A stretch of DNA of 64,000 nt from Cetorhinus maximus (GCF_964194155.1 NC_135901.1:25110001-25174000), one strand, 5' to 3'. Shown: positions 11,482-24,290, counted from the first letter of the stretch. Notes: generated by a model from the sequence alone, not told the origin. Numbers and translations: made by a program.

Positions 11482-12120
11482 TCCAGAAAATGAACGGGAC
11501 CAGCCATATAAATACTGTGGCGACAAGATCAGGTCAGAGGTTGGGAACTCTGTGCAGAATAGCCCACCTCATGACTCCCCAAAGCCTGTCCATATTCTAC
11601 AAGGCACAAGTCAGGAATGTAATGGAATACTCTCCACTTGCCTGGATGAGTGAAACTCCAAAAACATTCAAGATTTTCCACACCTTCCAGGACAAAGCAG
11701 CCTGCTCGATTAATAGCCCATCCACCACCTTCAACATTCACTCCATCCACAACCGATGCACAATGGCAGCAATGTGTACCATCTACAAGATGCACCACAG
11801 CAACTCACGGAGGCTCCTTTGACAACACCTTCCAAGCCTGTGACCACTACCACCGAGGACAAGGACAGCAGATGCATGGATATACCACCACCTGGAAGTT
11901 GCCCCCCAAGCCACTCACCATCCTGATTTGGAAATATACCACCGTTCCCTCACTGTCATTTGGTCAAAATCCTGGAACTCCCTCCCTAAAAGCACTGTGG
12001 GTGTACCTACACCACATGGACTGCAGCAGTTCAATAAGCTGGTTCACCACCACTTGCTCAAGGGCAATTAGGGATGGGCAATAAATACTTAATGCCCAAA
12101 TCCCATTAATGAATAAAAAA
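11482..12120 (+). mobile_element. 3' fragment of the tRNA-headed CR1-group LINE family
   Basis: YKAQVRNVMEYSPLAWM...CTIYKMH; tail GCAATTAGGGATGGGCAATAAAT. Confidence 0.9.
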
Positions 12121-12319
12121 GTCCAATGTCTCCACTTTAAACACTTCCATTGGTCTTACTAACAGGTAGCAATGGTATTGCTGTTATCACAGGAATCAGT
12201 TCTGAAAAACTGCCACTCTGACGTTAAGGCTTCCTGGAGTAAGATACTGATCCACATCCCTATCCGTGTTCCAGATTTTAAATTGATTATTCAATGTAGT
12301 AAACATATCTAATTTAATT

Positions 12320-12456
12320 CAGTTCTGAAGAAGAGTCATATCGGATTCAAAACATTAACTCTGTTTCTTTCTCCACAGATGCTGCCAGAACTGCTGAGTT
12401 TTTCCAGCACTTTATTTTTATTTCAGATTTCCAGCATCCTCAGTAATTTGCTTTTA
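12320..12456 (+). mobile_element. Penelope-like terminal-repeat fragment with decayed minimal hammerhead
   Basis: AGTT CTGAAGA A GAGTC..GATTC AAAAC ATT AACT, then CCACAGATGCTGCCAGA..CTGAGTTTTTCCAGC. Confidence 0.8.
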
Positions 12457-12844
12457 TATATCTTTTAACCCCTTTACGTCTGATTGTTAATATCTATTAG
12501 CACTGCCAGAGATTGTCTTTGAGATTAGTTGTTTATTTATAATCTGTGGTGTTCTGAAAGTCACCTTTCTCCCTAACCTGTCATAACCCGTCTTGCCGGT
12601 TCATTTATTGAAACCAGGGACTCTCCTTGGTCAAAGGTGACATTCCTTCGCTGCCCAGTTATTGCTTTAAGTCAGCCCTTGAATTGATTGTGCTTTTATC
12701 CTCATGTTACCGCAGTTCACTAACAAATGTTGAACTATTTGCTCCACACCAACAGGGTTCATCTGTTTAAAGTTACAAACAGAAAGGTCCAGTTTTCTCC
12801 TGGAGTTTGAGACAAATCAGCTTTCAAAATGATGCGGCATTTCA

Positions 12845-13320
12845 GCCAGTGAGCGGGATCTGGGCTCAGCCCCGCCCCTCATTCACTCCGATTGGCTGGA
12901 GGATCAGCAGCTTCCGCCACAGCCCCGTCCCCTCTTCCTATTGGTCCGCAACTGCCGTCCACCAGACGGGCTATGTGATCTAGAGCATGCGCAGTGCGAG
13001 TGACGTACATGGACGGACTTTGTTCGTCGCATCTTCAGGCGGTGATTATTAGATGACACAGTGGCGTTATTAGGGGCCGTGGGTGGGCGGGAAGGTTTCA
13101 TGAACACCCATTGTAGGCGAGAAATTCCAACCAAGAGGCTACCGGCCCCGCGGCTACACCGAGCGGGAGCTATGGGCCCTTCCCCGGTTATGAAACCCGG
13201 GTTAACGGTCTCCACCTTTATCAGGGGCAAAGAACAGCAGAACGCATGCGCAGCCGCCATCTTTCTAGGGGGTAACTTGTAGCAGGGCGCATGCGCTTTC
13301 ATCACTGTCTCTGGCTGCAG
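12845..13320 (+). promoter_or_regulatory. CpG-rich ZNF promoter and first-exon module
   Basis: GC box GCCCCGCCCC, two inverted CCAAT boxes (GATTGG, TATTGG), NRF1-like GCATGCGCA and GCGCATGCGC, YY1-like GCCGCCATCTT; homologous to 19325, 31030, 49240 and 62540. Confidence 0.7.
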
Positions 13321-13321
13321 G

Positions 13322-14056
13322 AACATGTGAATGAGGAGCAGGAGCAGACCATTCGGCCCCTCCAGCCTGCTCCACCATTCAATAAGATCATGGCTGATTG
13401 TAACCTAAACCCCACATTCCTGCCTACCCCAGATAACCTTCCACCCTCTTTGCTTGTCAGGAATCTATGTAGCTCTGCCTTAAAAATAAAAGACTGCTTC
13501 CACCGCCTTTTGAGGATGAGAGCTCCAAAGACTCACAACCCTCTGAGAGAAAAAAACTCCTCATCAGTGACCCCTGGTTCTAGATTCTTCCACAAGAGGA
13601 ACCATCCTCTCCACATCCACTCTGTCAAGGCCCCTCAGGATCTTGAACAAAAGTGAAAGTACCTGGAAAAACTCAGCAGGTCTGACAGCATCTTCGGAGG
13701 GGGATAGAGTTGATGTTTCGAGTCCGTATGACCCTTCATCAGACCCTTCCCTCAGGATCTTAAAGGTTTCAACCAAGTCACCTCTTACTCTCCTAAACTT
13801 CAGTGGACACAAGCCTCGCCTGTCCAACCTTTCCTCTTAAGGCAATCTGCCCATTCTTGGTATTAATCTGGTAAACCTTCTCTGAACTGCTTCTAATGCA
13901 TTTATATCCTCCTTCAAATAAGTAGATCAAAACTGTACACTACTCCAGATCTCTCACGAGTGTCCTGTACAACTGAAGCATAGCCTCCCTACTTTTGTAT
14001 TCGATTTCCCTCACAATAAACAATAACATTGTTAGCTTTCCTAATTACTTGCTTAC
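13322..14056 (-). mobile_element. CR1-type LINE 3' fragment interrupted by a Penelope mini-insertion
   Basis: ORF 13564..13827 LKFRRVRGDLVETFKILRG...LDRVDVERM.PLV.ESRTRGH. Confidence 0.88.
13645..13748 (-). mobile_element. 104-bp Penelope-derived insertion with hammerhead core
   Basis: 13-bp TSD CCCTCAGGATCTT (13632-13644, 13749-13761); minus strand CTGATGA A GGGTC ATACG GACTC GAAAC ATC AACT. Confidence 0.85.
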
Positions 14057-14179
14057 CTGAGAGAATGTTGTGAATTTCTATCCTGGACTGACAGGGATGG
14101 ATTTTGCAAACTCCCTTTCCAGGGGGTGAGATGGGAAGGATTTACACACAGCAAACTCAAATTGAGAGATATGTTTGTC

Positions 14180-14555
14180 ATCTCTGATATAGGTCTTTAA
14201 AATTCTGGGTTGGGCAGGTAATGTGGACAGAATGTCTAACTAATTGAAGGTCTAACCAATACTGTGGGCCATGAATACACAATAGATATGAATAAATCCA
14301 AGAAGAACACAGGAGATATATGTTTCCCCAGACAGCTATGAAAATGTGGAACTCACTACTACTGGATGTGGTCGAGAAAAATAACAGATACTTTTAAAAG
14401 GAAACTAGATGAGAACATGGGAGAAAAGGGATTAGAAAGATGAGCTGAAAGCCTGAGATGGGGTTGGCAGAATGGGGGAGACTTGTGTGGAGTAGAAACT
14501 CCAGTACAGACTAGATAGACTGAATGGCCTGTTTGTATCATGTGTATTCTATGTA
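14180..14555 (+). mobile_element. Old CR1 3' fragment
   Basis: GTCTTTAAAATTCTG..TGTGGAACTCACTAC..TTTAAAAGGAAACTAGAT..GACTGAATGGCCTGTTT. Confidence 0.65.
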
Positions 14556-14578
14556 AATCTTTGTAACTTACTTTACAG

Positions 14579-16780
14579 GATAATAGAGGAGGAGGATTTG
14601 CAGTCAGGAAAAGCAAACCAAACCTCACGTCTGACAGGGTCAATCAGTTCATTGGAATCTGAAGGTTCGTACATCTGAAGGGATTTAATTGACTGCCTCA
14701 GCTGGAAACTGGTGAGAGGCTGTTCACCTGCTCCTCCTGTGGGAAGGGATTGATAGAGCTGGTAAACATGCTGACACGACAGTGAACTCGCAATAGCAAG
14801 AGACCGTTCACCTGCTCCGTGTGTGGGAAGAAATTCATGTGTTCATTCAACCTGCTGGCACACCAGCTCGATCACATTGATAAGGATCCTCTTCAATACT
14901 CTGACTCTGAGAAAAGCTTTGAAATCTCTGAGGAACTGATCCAACACCAGCGAGTTCACACTGATGAGAGACCGTTCAGCTGCTCCCACTGCGGGAAGAG
15001 GTTCAGCGAGTCAGTGCATCTAACTGAGCACCAGTGAGTTCACACCAAGGACAAGCCATTCAGCTTCTCCCAGTGTGGGAAGAGATTCGCTCAGTCCTCC
15101 CACAACACTGAGCACCAATTGGTTCACTCAGAAAAGAGACCTTTTAAATGTACTGAATGTGAGAAGACCTTCAAAAGAAGCATTAATTTGCTGAGACACC
15201 AGCACATTCACACTGGGGAGAGGCCATTCCCCTGCTCAGTGTGTGGGAAGAGATTCACTCATTCAGTTCACCTTTTGACACACAAGCGTGTTCACACCGG
15301 GAAGAGGCCTTTCCTCTGCTCTGTGTGTGGGAAGACATTCACTCGATTTTCACACCTTTTGACACACGAGAGTATTCACACTGGAGAGAGGCCGTTCACC
15401 TCCTCTGCGTGTAGGAAGGGATTCATTCAGCCAGCTGACCTGCTGAAGCGCCAGTGGGTGCACACTGGGGAGAGGCCATTCACCTGCTCGGTGTGTGGGA
15501 AGGGATTCACTCGACCCTGCTATCTGCTGAAGCACCAGCGAGTTCACACCGGGGAGAGGCCGTTCCTCTGTTCCATGTGTGGGAAGAGATTTACTTGTTT
15601 ACAACACCTGCTGAGACATCGGACTGTTCACACTGGGGAGAGGGCGTTCACCTGCCCTGTGTGTGGGAAGGGTTTCTCTGAGTCATCCAGCCTCCAGAGA
15701 CACCGATGCACCCACACTGAGGAGAGGCCGTTCACCTGCTCCATTTGTGGCAAGAGATTTGCTCAGTTGTCCTACTACACTGTACACCAACGCGTTCACT
15801 CTGATAAGAGACCTTTTCAATGTTCTGACTACAGGTAGAGCTTTAAAAGAAGCAATAACCTATTGAAACACCAACGCACCCACACTGGGGAGAGGCCTTT
15901 CCTCTGCTCTGTGTGTGGGAAGACATTCACTCGATTTTCACACCTTTTGACACACGAGAGTATTCACACTGGAGAGAGGCCATTCACCTCCTCTGCGTGT
16001 AGGAAGGGATTCATTCAGCCAGCTGACCTGCTGAAGCGCCAGTGGGTGCACACTGGGGAGAGGCCATTCACCTGCTCGGTGTGTGGGAAGGGATTCACTC
16101 GACCCTGCTATCTGCTGAAGCACCAGCGAGTTCACACCGGGGAGAGGCCGTTCCTCTGTTCCATGTGTGGGAAGAGATTTACTTGTTTACAACACCTGCT
16201 GAGACATCGGACTGTTCACACTGGGGAGAGGGCGTTCACCTGCCCTGTGTGTGGGAAGGGTTTCTCTGAGTCATCCAGCCTCCAGAGACACCGATGCACC
16301 CACACTGAGGAGAGGCCGTTCACCTGCTCCATTTGTGGCAAGAGATTTGCTCAGTTGTCCTACTACACTGTACACCAACGCGTTCACTCTGATAAGAGAC
16401 CTTTTCAATGTTCTGACTACAGGTAGAGCTTTAAAAGAAGCAATAACCTATTGAAACACCAACGCACCCACACTGGGGAGAGGCCGTTCCTCTGCTCCGA
16501 GTGTGGGAAGGGATTCGCTCATTCGTCCGGCCTGCTGAGGCACCAACGCACTCACAGCGGGCAGAGGCTGTTCATCTGCTCCGAGTGTGGGAAGGAATTC
16601 ATTGATTCATCCCGCCTGCTGAGACACCAGCGAGTTCACACTGGGGCAAAACCGTTCACCTGCTCTGTGTGTGAGAAGCGATTTACTCAGTCTTACAGCC
16701 TGCTGAAACATAAGCGGCTTCACATGTTACCGACAAAGTTAGAATCGGTTGTTGCTGCTAAGAATCACGTCCAGGACTGA
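14579..16780 (+). pseudogene. C2H2 ZNF (about 20 fingers) broken by in-frame stops
   Basis: Acceptor TTTACAG|G at 14578/14579; ORFs 14819, 15119, 15863 and 16451 with TGERPF linkers; stops at 15035-37, 15836-38 and 16424-26. Confidence 0.85.
15303..16478 (+). repeat. 588-bp (7-finger) near-perfect tandem duplication
   Basis: 15303-15890 matches 15891-16478; one visible difference (G15394 vs A15982). Confidence 0.92.
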
Positions 16781-17928
16781 ACCTTTTCTCCTTTCTAACT
16801 TTAGATTATTTCAGTTCTCAGACCTTCAGTTACTTTCATGGACAGGCCCCAGCTCCCCATACCTTCCAGAGTGTCTCTCTTAGCCTTGAGATCCAGTGCA
16901 TCAGTTTGAATATAATGATATTTTATTCAAAAAATATATTCACAGCTCAAAGGCTGAATTGTAACTTACATCAAAAAAATTCATAAAATTTAAAATATAA
17001 ACTAAACAATCAAGCTAAAAACATGGAAACGTGACAATCATGTAATGATAAAAATAGAAATATTCAGCAGGTAACAAGGGAGTGGTGAACATGATATTAA
17101 AAGAAGGAATAATGAATTAAAATTATATTAAAATTACAGACCAATACACCATTCCTATATTACAGGCTCTGAAGTATATAAATGATGACATTTATAATTA
17201 CTTCATTGAGAACCGGAACCATGTAAGGAATTACTCTGTCTGTATGATTGCAGTGCTGTTAATAAAGTCAGGAAAAGACAATCTGTTGTTGTGAGCTTGA
17301 GTATCTGGTGTCTGAAACCACAAGATTCAACATTTAGAGTCAACGAGATGAACAAGGAAACACATCACAGCCCAATACTCCAGCTCGATATTCACAGGAG
17401 AAAGTCTGTTATTGACATCTCATGCGGACAGAACAGAGAAAGATCCCAACTGTAAGAAACCCTTGAATCATTTGTAAATATCTTTCAAATGCTGACAGAT
17501 TCCAACCGTCAGTTTCCATTACATTGAAGTCAGTGGAAGGTGAGAGGGTGGTTAAAGGTTCCATATATCAACAAAACTTGATATTGTCATTGCTTTACAT
17601 TGGTAGAATCAGGAATGTCACACAAAACATTTTAAATCCTCGTATCATAATTACCATCATTTTCAGGCTTGAAACTCAAACCTGTTTCACATTCAGTCAG
17701 GAACAGATCACAGTTTTACACCAATTTCTGATTTGACAGCACGTTTCCAGCATTCACCGTTGTTCTTCCTGACTCTAAACACAGTTGCAAAGGAGCCTTC
17801 TGTGTCTAGGAGCTCTGAACATTGGAAGAGTGCGGCTGGGCCACATTTCTTACACACCTCGGGATTAACTTGCAAGTTCAGTCCTGGATGTAACTAACAA
17901 CAACAATAACAGAATCCAACTCCTGCAG

Positions 17929-18957
17929 TCAGTTGTGAACTCGCTGGTGTCTCACCAGGTGGGATGACTGAGTGAGTCCCTTCCCACACACAGAGCAGGG
18001 AACGGCCTCTCCCCAGCGTGAATTTGCTGATGTTTCAGAAGATGGTATGACTGAGTGAATCCCTTCCCACATGTGGAGCAAGTGAACGGCCTCTCCCCAG
18101 TGTGAACTCGCTGGTGTGTCATTAGGTCAGATGACTGAGTGAATCCCTTCCCACACTTGGAGCAGGTGAATGGCCTCTCCCCAGTATGAACTCACTGGTG
18201 TATCAGAAGGTGGCATGACTGAGTGAATCCCTTCCCACACCCAGAGCAGGTGAACGGCTTCTCCCCAGTGTGAACTCGTCGGTCTGTCAGAAGGTGAGAT
18301 GACCGAGTGAATCCCTTTCCACACTCGGAGCAGGTGAATGGCCACTCCCCACTGTGAAGTTGCTGGTGTGTTCGCAGATACTTCTTGCTTTTAAAGCTCT
18401 TCTCACAGTCAGAACATTTAAAAAGTCTCTGATCACTGTGTACAAGTTGATGTTCAGTAAGACGGGATGACTGAATGAATCTCTTCCCACAGACAGAACA
18501 AGTGAATGGACTCTTCTCAGTGTGAACTTGCTCATGTGCCAGCAGGTCAGATGAGTAAGCAAATGCCTTCCCGCACACACAACACCTGAACGGTTGTTCC
18601 CCGGTGTGAACTCGCTGGTGTGTCAACATACTGGATAACTGAGTGAATCCCTTCCTGCATAGAGAGCAGGAGAACGGTTTCTCCCCAGTGTGACTGCGTC
18701 AATGAGTTTCCAGCTTTGATGTGGAAATGAATCCCTTCCCACAGTCCCCACATATCCATGGTTTCTCAGCGGTCCTGGTGTCCTCGTGTATCTCCAGGTT
18801 GGACGATCAGTTGAAGCCTCATCCTCACACACCTGTATGGTTTCTTCCTGCTGTGAATGGTGATGTTTTTCAGGCTGTGTAACTGGTTAAAGCTCTTTCC
18901 ACAGCCAGTTCACTGGAACACTCACTTGGGTGTGTGAATGTCTCGGTTCTTTTCCCC
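17929..18957 (-). pseudogene. C2H2 ZNF (about 10 fingers) with a stop and a frameshift
   Basis: ORF 18192..18629 fingers; HQ*VH stop at 18192-94; frameshift near 18000; acceptor TTTTACAG at 18958. Confidence 0.85.
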
Positions 18958-19324
18958 CTGTAAAAGCAGTTTACCAGAGTTATCATTGTAAACACAGGAT
19001 AGAAATTCAGAACAGAAAATTCTAGTGTCCTCTTTCATTCCCCCCAAATCTATAAATCTCCCTCCCACACACTCCTCTCCCTCTCTGCTCACTGTTCCAG
19101 ATTCAGTGTCCAGTTTCCTACTTATTCTTTTCTCCTCTCCAGATTCTCTCTCCTCCTGTCCTTAAACTGGTGACTCAGACTGTGGATCAATTCCACTCCT
19201 TCACTCTAATTCCACCAAATACTTAGGGTCAAAACAGCAAATTATCTTTCATGTCTCTATTAGTAATTTTAAATAAACAGAAAAAACCACCTTTTCCCAA
19301 TTGGGCATTTGGTTCAGGTGGATG

Positions 19325-19780
19325 CCGAAGAGAAGCCGGAAGCGACAGATAGAGATTCCGGACCAATAGGAAGAGAGGGGCGTGGCTGGAGGACCTAGTG
19401 AGTACAGATTGTCTTCCAACAATCGGTGTGAATGAGGGGCGGGGCCTTATCTTCGCGGCATGAGCCTCGCGCAGGCGCAGTGCAGGGCACTGAGTGGACC
19501 GTGTGCAGTGCGGGTGCTGGAGCAGGATGCAGGCGGTGCTGTGGAATCTGCGGGGAGGGAGTTGACCCCGGGCAGGAGAGGAATAGAGCCAGTGGGTGGA
19601 CCGAAAGATACAAGTATCTTTTGTACGTCTCAGGATCCGAATAAGAATCTAAAGGTTCCGCGTTTTGATCAAACGCAGCAATAGCTACGGGGCTTCCTAT
19701 GACAGCCCCGGGTTAACGGCCGCCATCTTGACAGCAGGAAGGTGCAGAAATGCGCAAGCGCGGTCATCCGTCCCTGTCAG
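19325..19780. promoter_or_regulatory. CpG-rich, probably bidirectional ZNF promoter
   Basis: ETS-like CCGGAAG, GGACCAATAGG, GGGGCGGGGC (inverse of 12870-12950), GCGCAGGCGCA, YY1-like GGCCGCCATCTTG; lies between divergent ZNF genes. Confidence 0.65.
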
Positions 19781-20011
19781 GAGGAGAGAATGTTGTGCAT
19801 TTTTATCCTGGACTGACAGGGATGGATTTTGGAAACTCCTTTTACAGGGGATTAAATGGGAAAAGATTTCAGGTATCAGTGTGATTGGAATAGCACCGAG
19901 ATATTCAAAATTCTGGTCAGATCACACCTGGGGAACTGTGAGAGAGTTCTGGACACCACATCTTAAAAGGACATGCTGTGTAGGCCTTGGAGGAAGTGCA
20001 GATTTACCTTA

Positions 20012-20167
20012 ATGACGTAAAAGCAAAACACTGGGGATGCTAAGTTTGGAATGAAAATAGAAATTCTCGAAAAACTCGGCAGGTCTGGTGGCATACATGG
20101 TGAGAGAAACAGAGTTAACGTTTCAAATCCAATATGACTGTTCTCCAGTTCCAGCATTTTCTGTTTT
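20012..20167 (-). mobile_element. Penelope-derived insertion with a short inverted end
   Basis: TAAAAGCAAAACACTGG.GATGCT...GTTAACGTTTC; duplication ATTTACCTTA at 20002-20011 and 20168-20177. Confidence 0.75.
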
Positions 20168-20227
20168 ATTTACCTTACCTGAACCCGGACTGCAAGGGTT
20201 AAATTAGGATGAGTTACATAAATCAGT

Positions 20228-20995
20228 TATTACGGTACAGAAAGGCCATTCCTCCCATCAAGTCCATGCTGGCTCTCTACAGAGCAACCCAGTCAGCCTC
20301 ATTTTCCCTTCACTATACTTAAACCCGACACGTTTATTTCCCTCAAGTCTGTGTCTCGGTTCCTTTCTAAAATCATTGATGAACTCTGCTTCCACCACCC
20401 TCATTGGTAGCGAGTGCTGAGTATTCCCACTCACTGTGAAAAAAATATTCTCCCCGATATCTCCCTTGTATCCCTTACCAAAACCTTAAACGTGCTCTCT
20501 AATCCTTGTATCGTCACCTAATGGAAATAGCTTTTCCCTTGTACATTTCATCTAAATCTGTCAAAATCTTGTGCACCTCTATCAAATCTCCCCTCAGCTC
20601 CTTGGTCCAAGGAGAAACCCAGCTTCTCCAAATTAACCTTGTAGCTAAATTCCATTTTCCCTGGAACCATTCTGGTAAATCTACCGTGCATCCTCTCATT
20701 GAGCCTAATATCCTCCTTAAGGTGTGGTGAACAGAACTGGACACAAGAATCTTCTTCTGACCTAACCGGAGCTTTATAAAGGTTCAGCATATTTTCCCTA
20801 CTTTTGTACTCAATGTCTCTATTTATGAAGCCTAAGATCCCATATAATTTCCTAACTGCTCTCTCAGTCTGGCCTGCCACCTTCAAAGATCTGTGTACGT
20901 TAACTCTCAGGTCTCTCTGTCCCTGCACACTCTTTAGAACTGTACCATGTAGTGTATATTGCCTCTCCCTATTCCTTCTACCAGAATTCATCACC
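20228..20995 (-). mobile_element. CR1-type LINE 3' fragment
   Basis: ORF 20548..20994 QRDLRVNVHRSLKV...GILGFINRDIEYKS..LYKA. Confidence 0.88.
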
Positions 20996-21000
20996 TCATT

Positions 21001-21104
21001 GTGATTTCTGAAGAAGAATCATATTGGACTCAAAATGTTAACTCTGTTTCTCTCTCCACAGATTCTGCCAGACCTGCTGAGTTTTTCCAGCACTTTCTCT
21101 TTTT
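21001..21104 (+). mobile_element. Penelope-derived insertion with decayed hammerhead
   Basis: CTGAAGA A GAATC ATATTG GACTC AAAAT GTT AACT; TSD ACCTCATT (20993-21000, 21105-21112). Confidence 0.78.
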
Positions 21105-21114
21105 ACCTCATTTG

Positions 21115-21715
21115 AAGGTTATGTTCCCTGGAATTTAGAAGATTAAGAAGTGATTTGATCAAAGCTTTCAGGATGTTAATTGGAACTGGTAGGGTAGATA
21201 GAGAGAAATGACTCCCATTGTTGGGGAATCTAGGATGAGGGGACGTAGTTTGAAAGTTAGTGTCAGATTTTTCAGGAGTGAATTTGGAAACACTTCTCCA
21301 TGTAAGCTCGGTAGAAATTAGGAGCTCTACTCATCAAATGGCAGTTCATGCCAGGTCAATGTTAATTTAAAACCTGACACTGATGAATCATTGCTAACCA
21401 AAGGTATTAAGCGACACGGGGCAAAGTGTTACCGATCAGCCATCATCTCATTTCATGGTGGAACAGGCTCGAGGAGCTAAATGGCCAAATCTTAGAATCG
21501 TAGAAACTTACAGCACAGAAGGAGACCATTCAACCCTTTGTGCTTGTGCTGTCTCTTTGAAAGTGCAGTCATGTTTAGACCAACACAGCCACTTTCTGTT
21601 TGTAACCCTGTAAGTTCCTCATTCCCAAATCCCTGTCAACTTCCTTTTAAAATTCCTTATAGGATCAGATTCCAGCACCTTTTCAGGTCGAGAGTTCCAG
21701 ATCCTGACAACCCTC
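21115..21715. mobile_element. Two CR1 3' fragments, tail to tail (+ 21115-21490; - 21495-21715)
   Basis: GGAATTTAGAAGATTAAGAAGTGATTTGATC; tail GGAACAGGCTCGAGGAGCTAAATGGCC; reverse tail ACAGCACAGAAGGAGACCATTC. Confidence 0.7.
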
Positions 21716-21721
21716 TGTCAG

Positions 21722-22030
21722 TGTAGAAACTGCTGAATCCGTTATTGAGTCTGGAAGGTTGTTAAGTGCCAGATTGAAAGATGAGCTGCTGTTCCTAGAG
21801 CTCTCATTGGAACAGTTCAGGAGGCCAAGGACAGAGAGGTCAGAGTGGGAGTGGGGCAGAGAATTAAAATGACAAGTGACTGGAAACTCAGGGTCAAGTT
21901 CACAGACTGAACCGAGGTTGTTCCACAAAGTGATCACTCAATCTGTGTTCGATCTTCCCAATGTAGAGCAGACCACATGGTCAGCTCTGAATACAGAAAC
22001 TAAATTGCAAGAAGTACAAGTAAATCACTG
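21722..22030 (-). mobile_element. Penelope-like element, GIY-YIG endonuclease fragment
   Basis: Minus strand CTSCNLV..CI..CGLLYIG.IEHRLSDHFVE...DPEFPVTCHFNSLPHSHSDLSVLGL. Confidence 0.85.
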
Positions 22031-22189
22031 TTTGGTTTCATGGTTAAAAATCTTGGGAACAGCCTGAAGAAAGATTCTTTATTTGAAGAGTAAAGATTGC
22101 AAAGTCAAGCAAACTGATCATCAGAATATTAAATTCTGAATATTAAATTCTATTCCAGTTATAAGGATTTTTAATATCAATAGAAATGA

Positions 22190-22370
22190 ACCCCATTTGT
22201 CCAAATGAACACGGTTCAGTCCTGGATGTGATTAATCCAGCAGAGTCCAAGCCCTGCAGTCACTGGTGAACCGGTTGGTCTTTCAGCAGTTTGGATGATC
22301 AATTAAATCACTTCTCACACATGGAGAAGGTGAACGGTCTCTGCCCAGTGTGAACTCAGTGTTGTCTGTA
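22190..22370 (-). pseudogene. Last finger and 3' module of a deleted ZNF paralogue
   Basis: CACACTGGGCAGAGACCGTTCACC...CACCAG TGA CTGCAGGGCTTGGACTCT..AATCACATCCAGGACTGA. Confidence 0.7.
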
Positions 22371-22549
22371 TTGGACATGATGGTTTTCCCATGTACCAGC
22401 TGCCCTTGTCTTTCTGGTTGGTGGAGTTTGTTGGTTTGGGAAATTCTGTTAAAATTCTGCTTGAGGTGCAGATGGATGAAGTCCATCTCCTTTTCCCCTC
22501 TTCCAAATCTCTCTCTCTCTCTCTGTCTCTCACTCTCTCTTACCATAAC

Positions 22550-22660
22550 GGTCAGAGGCTTGTGTAGGCCCAGACTGGGTGGCAGGTTTCCTTCCCTGAA
22601 GGACATTAGTGAACCTGTTGGATTTTTAGGACAATCCAATACTTTGATGGTCACTTTTTC
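22550..22660 (-). mobile_element. SINE core fragment related to 27917-28259
   Basis: Reverse complement GGTTCACTAATGTCCTTCAGGGAAGGAAACCTGCC...GTCTGGGCCTACAC. Confidence 0.7.
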
Positions 22661-22791
22661 TTGTTTTAAATTCATTTTACAGGATATCGGAAAGGGAGGA
22701 TTTGGAAGCGGGAATCTCAAACCAAGCATCAGATCAATGCCTGACAGAGACACTCAAATCATCAGGACCTGAATACCATTGGATTTTAAAC

Positions 22792-23742
22792 ATGGAAGGA
22801 AAAAGCACCGTTCATAGTGAGGAGAAACTCTACACATGTTCTGTGTGTGGACGAAGATTCAGCCAATCATCTGGCCTTTCAAAACACAAGTGCAGTCACG
22901 ACCGGGTGAATCGTTGGAAATGTGGGGACTGTGGGAAAGGATTTAATTACCCATCTGAGCTGGAAATTCATCGGCACAGTCACACCGGGGAGAGGCCGTT
23001 CACCTGTCCTGACTGTGGGAAGGGATTCACTTGTTCATCTACCCTGCTGACACACCAGCGAGTTCACACTGGGGAGAGACCATTCACCTGCTGAGTGTGG
23101 GAAGAGATTCACTCGGTCAACCATTCTTCTGCAACATCAGCAAGTTCACACTGGGGAGAGACCTTTTAAATGCCCAGACTGCGGGAAGTATTATAGAAGT
23201 TCTGAGGAATTAATACGCCATCAACATGTTCACACTGACGAGAGACCATTCAGGTGCTCTCACTGTGGGTCAGCGTTCAGGCAATCATCCAAACACACTG
23301 TACATCAGCGTATTCATGCTGGAGAGAGACCGTTCACTTGCTCCGAGTGTGGAAAGGGATTCATTCAGTCATCCCACCTGCTGACACACCATCTAGTTCA
23401 CACTGGGGAGAGGCCATTCATCTGCTCCAAGTGTGGGAAGGGATTCACGTGTTCATCTCACCTGCTGACACACCAGCGCAGTCACATTGGTGAGCGGCCA
23501 TTCACCTGCTCTGAATGTGGGAAGAGATTCACTCAGTCATCTGCCCTGCTGAAACATCAGCGAGTTCACAATGGGGAGAAGTTGTTCACTTGCTCTGAGT
23601 GTGGGAAGGGTTTCACTCAGTCATCCAACCTGCTGACACACTGGCGGGTTCACAATGGGGAGAGGCCATTCACCTGCTCTGAGTGTGAATAGGATTCACT
23701 CAGTCATCCACGCTGCTGAGACACCAGCGAGTTCACAAGTAA
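22792..23742 (+). pseudogene. C2H2 ZNF (MEGKSTVHS subfamily, about 11 fingers), frameshifted after finger 3
   Basis: ATG 22792 [19 protein letters not shown]; frame broken at about 23092 and 23690; acceptor TTTTACAG|G at 22682/22683. Confidence 0.85.
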
Positions 23743-24074
23743 CTAGAGTGATGGAATTTTGTGACTGAACCATGTTCATTGGGGTCTGTTTCTGCTGATG
23801 TTCATGAATTCCAGCCCAGTTATAGAACATAAGGAATAGGAACAGGAGTAGACCATTCAGCCCCTCGAGCCTGCTCCGCCATTCAATAAGATCATGGCTG
23901 ATCTTCTTGTGTTTTGATTTCCACATTCCCATCTAGCCCTGATAACCTTTGATTCCCACCTTTGATTCCAATATTATGGATAAAAGTCAAATAAATCAGC
24001 TTTGTGTAAAACACGCAATGTGTTGAGTCTTGTAAATGTTTCTAACACAAGTTAGTTTATTTTGAAGGGCTCTC

Positions 24075-24290
24075 CCACTCCCCTATCTCCTCAATTCTCA
24101 CCTCCAACAACAAGTGTGAGGAGCTCGAGGAGCTTTTCTGTCACTAAGATTGAGACAGTCCGATCAGCTGCCTCTGGTGCTTCCCTCCCTTCCACTCGCC
24201 CACTGGGACAAATTGTCTCTTACGTTCTCCTGTCCTGGGACTGAACTCACAACTTTCTCTAGTTTCCCTGCGACCTCCCCTCAGGCAGGT
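24075..24290 (+). mobile_element. L2 LINE internal fragment shared by paralogous ZNF 3' flanks
   Basis: CCAACAACAAGTGTGAGGAGCTC..GTCACTAAGATTGAGAC (NNKCEEL..FVTKIET). Confidence 0.7.

Noticed and set aside
12845-14578. Upstream KRAB, SCAN or BTB coding exon for the ZNF genes
   Set aside because: No such motif was recognised in any ORF; the space between promoters and finger exons is mostly TE-derived.
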